From assembly GCA_002269645.1 (NCBI GenBank), contig NIVC01003255.1, forward strand, positions 1-55,159: 55,159 nt of DNA. Direction: 5' to 3'. The DNA is from Macrostomum lignano. Lineage: Eukaryota. Below, in pieces: positions 51,410 to 55,159 of the stretch. The first letter of the stretch is position 1. Every line of letters begins with the position of its first letter. The translations under genes were made by a program, and so were the position numbers. The notes under the pieces were generated by a model. That model was given only the letters and a program-made list of their open reading frames with translations. It did no database searches and was not told the DNA's origin.

Positions 51410-52135
51410 ATATATAGCGCCTTCGGCGCCAAAATGAGTGCCTGCGGCGGTAAAATGAGTGTCTGCGGCGCTAAAATGAGTGCCTGCGGCGGTAAAATGA
51501 GTGCCTGTGGCGCTGAAATGAGTGCCTGTGGGGTAAAGGGAGTGCCTGCGGCGCTAAAATGAGTGCCTGCGGCGCTAAAATGAGTTGTCTGCGGCGCTAA
51601 AATGAGTGCCTGCGGCGCCAAAATGAGTGTCTGCAGCGCTAAAATGAGTTGTCTGCGGCGCTAAAATGAGTGTCTGCGGCGCTAAAATGAGTGCCTGCGG
51701 CGCCAAAATGAGTGCCTGTGGGGGTAAAATGAGTGTCTGCGGCGCTGAAATGAGTGCCTGCGGCGCCAAAATGAGTGCCTGCGGCGCTAAAATGAGTGCC
51801 TGCGGCGCTAAAATGAGTTGTCTGCGGCGCTAAAATGAGTGCCTGCGGCGCCAAAATGAGTGTCTGCGGCGCTGAAATGAGTGCCTGCGGCGCCAAAATG
51901 AGTGCCTGTGGGGGTAAAATGAGTGACTGTGGGGGTAAAATGAGTGTCTGCGGCGCTAAAATGAGTGCCTGCGGCGCCAAAATGAGTGCCTGTGGGGGTA
52001 AAATGAGTGTCTGCGGCGCTAAAATGAGTGCCTGCGGCGCCAAAATGAGTGCCTGCGGCGCCAAAATGAGTGCCTGCGGCGCTAAAATGAGTGCCTGCGG
52101 CGCTAAAATGAGTGCCTGCGGCGCTAAAATGAGCG
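51410..52135. repeat. Minisatellite, roughly 34 x 21 bp (GCCTGCGGCGCTAAAATGAGT), with occasional 23-bp variants
   Basis: Directly visible; preceded by a G/C-run-rich segment (51285-51365) resembling a non-autonomous DNA element end. Confidence 0.95.
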
Positions 52136-53980
52136 CTGACAACACGATTCTCAAAATTCTAAAAATTTAGGACTCGTATTTTTTGAGGACCTTTCAGCTT
52201 ATTATTTAAACGATGTAATTTTTAAAGGTGGAATCCTATATTTAATTGATTTCCTAATGGCATGTTGGATTTTTCAAGAGCATTGAAGTAGCACTTTCCT
52301 CGTCAAATGAACCCTCAGTTCTCTAACACCTGAGCAGCTCAAACCAGTGACTATAAATGGATTTACGACTCAAAAAGCTCTCTTCAGTCGATTTATCCTA
52401 TCAAATTAAGCCCTCAAGTACGCATAATTGTCACAGAGCTTTTCTCGCTGAAGGCAGGGATATGTAGAGCTGTAGGAAATCCTACCAAATATGAAATCAT
52501 GTCAATCTACTGTCGAAATTTTGAAAGCTTTGCCAACCATATATATTTCACAAATCCATCCCAATCGAAAACTATAGCTACTCTCGTATGCTTGCTTAGC
52601 TATTCTTCTTTACTAATCAAGCACGATTTGAGCCAGCATGCGCAAGCTAGTGCTGCCACAGTGCCTGCTTGCCTCACTGCCAGTCGGCTTGCTGTTCGTC
52701 TGCGCTACCGACATCAGCAGCAATTACAAAGCCATCGAAGCCGTCCTGTGCGTGGCTAATGAGTTTGTCGAGACGCATCCGGCAGTCCAGAGCGCCTTTT
52801 GTTTTAAGCAAAAGCACATCTTACTCGATTGACAAAAAGCAGATGGATAATTCTTGCAATAACTGGAATTAAGCTAGAAATTTCGCCTCGCCATCAATGC
52901 ATGGTAAGTTTCAAGCAGTGTGATTCTAAAAGCAGCTTATATACTCGTAGCTTTGAGGGACTGCAAGCTAAGCTGCTGTGGCTCAACAGCACCTTCAACC
53001 AAGGAGCTTAGCATAATTGGCATGCAATTATAGCTGCCCTCAAAACAGCTATTATAATTTCTTACGAAAAACACGTGAACACTTAGCTAATTCTCATGTT
53101 GATTGCTTTGCCCATCACACCGTGTCCGTGACAAAGTTGCACTTCTTGAAGCTGTCGAGAGGCCAAGCTTGCCGGCCCTAAAGAGAGGCCACACTCTTTA
53201 GAGAGGAAACTCATCAACCATACAGTATGTGTTTCTGGGTCAAAATATACAGCTAGCTACACCACTAAATTGCTTTTCTATCTTTGCGTCGCTTATCGTA
53301 AACTCACGTGTATGTTGCATTTTATTTTCGCTTGGCACTCTGCATTGCTGACCCCAAAGTCCTAGTAGAAGTTTGGCCAGAAGAAATAGCCAATTAGTGC
53401 GACTCAAGCTGAACCAGGCCATGGCTCAGGACCCCTGCCTGCGACCAACTGAGGCAAATGCATAAAAACACTCAAGTGACCATGAAGTGAGCGTGCAACT
53501 ATAATGCACTAGCTATATGTTATTGATGAAGACAATTAATGGCGTTTGCTCGTAAACAGCCTAACTATGAGTATAAGCTATTCGCGCCGTAATATGCAAT
53601 TTTACCTACTGCTCCTTTGAGCACATGCTTTTTTACTCCAGAAACGGTTTGCTGCTAATATTTTTTGTAAACTTATTTCAGGTGTCTGTTTTTCCGCTGA
53701 GTGACTCGATGCCAGTGACTTGTGGCTTTTTACAGGTTTTATGAGAGCGCTTAAACAAGAATTGTTTCGATTCGTTAAGTTGAAATTTTCTATAACATGC
53801 ATTGTGGAAATATAAAAAAATATGATAGCCATGTCAACTTTTGAGTTTCTATCGAATTTCACAGAAAGTAGACTTGTACTCGTAATATACTTGTAATATA
53901 ATATACTTGAAGTAGCAATCCAAAATCTAAAAATCTACTAAGGGGTCGAAGCTATATTGAAACATATCTTCTTCTTAAAG

Positions 53981-54342
53981 TGTCCCACACGATTGAAGCA
54001 CACGCCAAGTTTCGCTACCAGCAGCAGCAACCAAAGTTCAAGTCACGAGCTGCACGGTCTCAACTGGTTGCCCTACAGCCTGCCCAGAGACAGTCCAGTC
54101 CGCTATTTCATGTCCGGTTTCACTGGTCATGTGCCGCAGGCCCGGTTCCAGTACGGAGCGGCTACCCCATGGTGACGCACAACGCACTCGCTATCTTCGA
54201 TGCTAGGCGTCGATGGACGGCTGAGAAAAGTGTGGATGACGTGAACAACCGCGATGCTGCGACTTCATCTGCTGGCAGCTGCCAAACTATCGCGGATTCG
54301 TCCCGGTCAGTGGTTTTATATCGTGCGAGCTCTAGTAGATAG
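53981..54342 (+). CDS. Exon of a FAM166/CIMIP2-like (DUF2475) ciliary microtubule inner protein, one apparent frameshift near 54160
   Basis: Pyrimidine-rich acceptor at 53980; YFMSGFTGHVPQARFQYG then, in a shifted frame, GYPMVTHNALAIFD resembles the FAM166 repeat (I.GYTG.VP...F..G......AL..F). Confidence 0.55.
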
Positions 54343-54689
54343 TATTAAGACGAACATAGGATGCTTTCTAAGGCCAGCTTTAACAAATTCACGTGCACTA
54401 TCTTTTGGATCAATTACGAGCGTATTAAACGTTTTAATGAATCAGCTAGTATCCTAACCAAGGGCATGTGAACTCCTCGTGCTCAGGTCAGCAAGTTCGT
54501 TTCGGTGGAACATTCGGTCGCATCATTGTTGATTTTCGTGAAGATGACAAAATGTACAAGTGGCCTCACATGGTGACAATTTATAGACTGTTGTACACTT
54601 TGCCATAGGTTTGTATTTAGGAGACCTTGCTCTCTATCAATGAATAATAACTTATGCTTATCCAAGGGCGCGGGAAAACTCGAATTGGC

Positions 54690-55125
54690 GTCGGAACCCA
54701 AATTTGGCGCCAGGATCCCCAAATCAGCGCCGGAATGCTGAATGCAGCGCCAAAAGCCAAAACCAGCGCTAGAAAGCACAAATCAGCGCCGGAAATCTCA
54801 AATTGGCGCGGGAAAGCTTGAATTGGCGCCAAAAGCAAAATTAGCGCCAGGATCCCAAATCAGCGCCAAAAGGCCCAAACCAGCGCTGGAAGCTAAAATT
54901 GGCGAGGGAAAACTCAAATTGGCGCCAGAAGCCAAATCCGCGCCAGGATCCCTAAATAAGCGCCAGGATCCCAAATTTGCGCCAGGATCCCCAAATCAGC
55001 GTGAACAGCGCACAAGGGGCAGCGTATATCAGTTTGCTACTTCTTGGCGCCACTTTCAATATTCCGGTGCAATTTCAATATTCCGGCGCCAATTTCAGCT
55101 TCTCGGCGCCTATTTTAGCGCCCTG
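54690..55125. repeat. Degenerate ~18-22 bp minisatellite with GCGCC cores (AAATCAGCGCCAGGATCCC / AAATTGGCGCC)
   Basis: Directly visible; shares the GGCGC(C/T)AAAA core with the 51.4-52.1 kb array. Confidence 0.85.
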
Positions 55126-55159
55126 GCAAGGTCAATGCAATTAGCGCTCACGCGGAAAA

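Noticed and set aside
51385-52170. APQALIL and MSACGAK repeat ORFs
   Set aside because: Reading frames through a minisatellite, broken by 23-bp variant units; no evidence of coding function.

Overview
Intron-rich eukaryotic (animal) genomic DNA, not prokaryotic; the gene style suggests a flatworm such as Macrostomum, but this is inference only. Left to right: (1) the 3' part of a DDX60-like Ski2-family DEVH RNA helicase (+), with a ZZ-type zinc finger inserted in its C-terminal region and a decayed Ty3/gypsy LTR retrotransposon inside one intron; (2) a three-exon secreted PAN/apple + LamG/ConA-like gene (-); (3) a two-exon ankyrin-repeat gene (+); (4) a ~23 kb usherin (USH2A-like) gene (-) running from signal peptide to a C-terminal DSKV PDZ-binding motif, interrupted by about 15 single-base indels; (5) a gene largely invisible in the ORF track (-, ~41.5-45.4 kb) built from tandem divergent F-type-lectin/F5-8C-like domains, with an RTE LINE 3' fragment inside it; (6) an intact five-exon bestrophin (-) with an altered Ca2+-clasp; (7) a FAM166/CIMIP2-like ciliary-protein exon (+) between two related GGCGC-AAAA minisatellites. 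Several tandem arrays have a ~21-bp period. No CRISPR, rRNA or tRNA genes were seen. Many of the indels sit in homopolymer runs and may be consensus-sequence errors. All translations and splice models were made by eye; no database searches were run.
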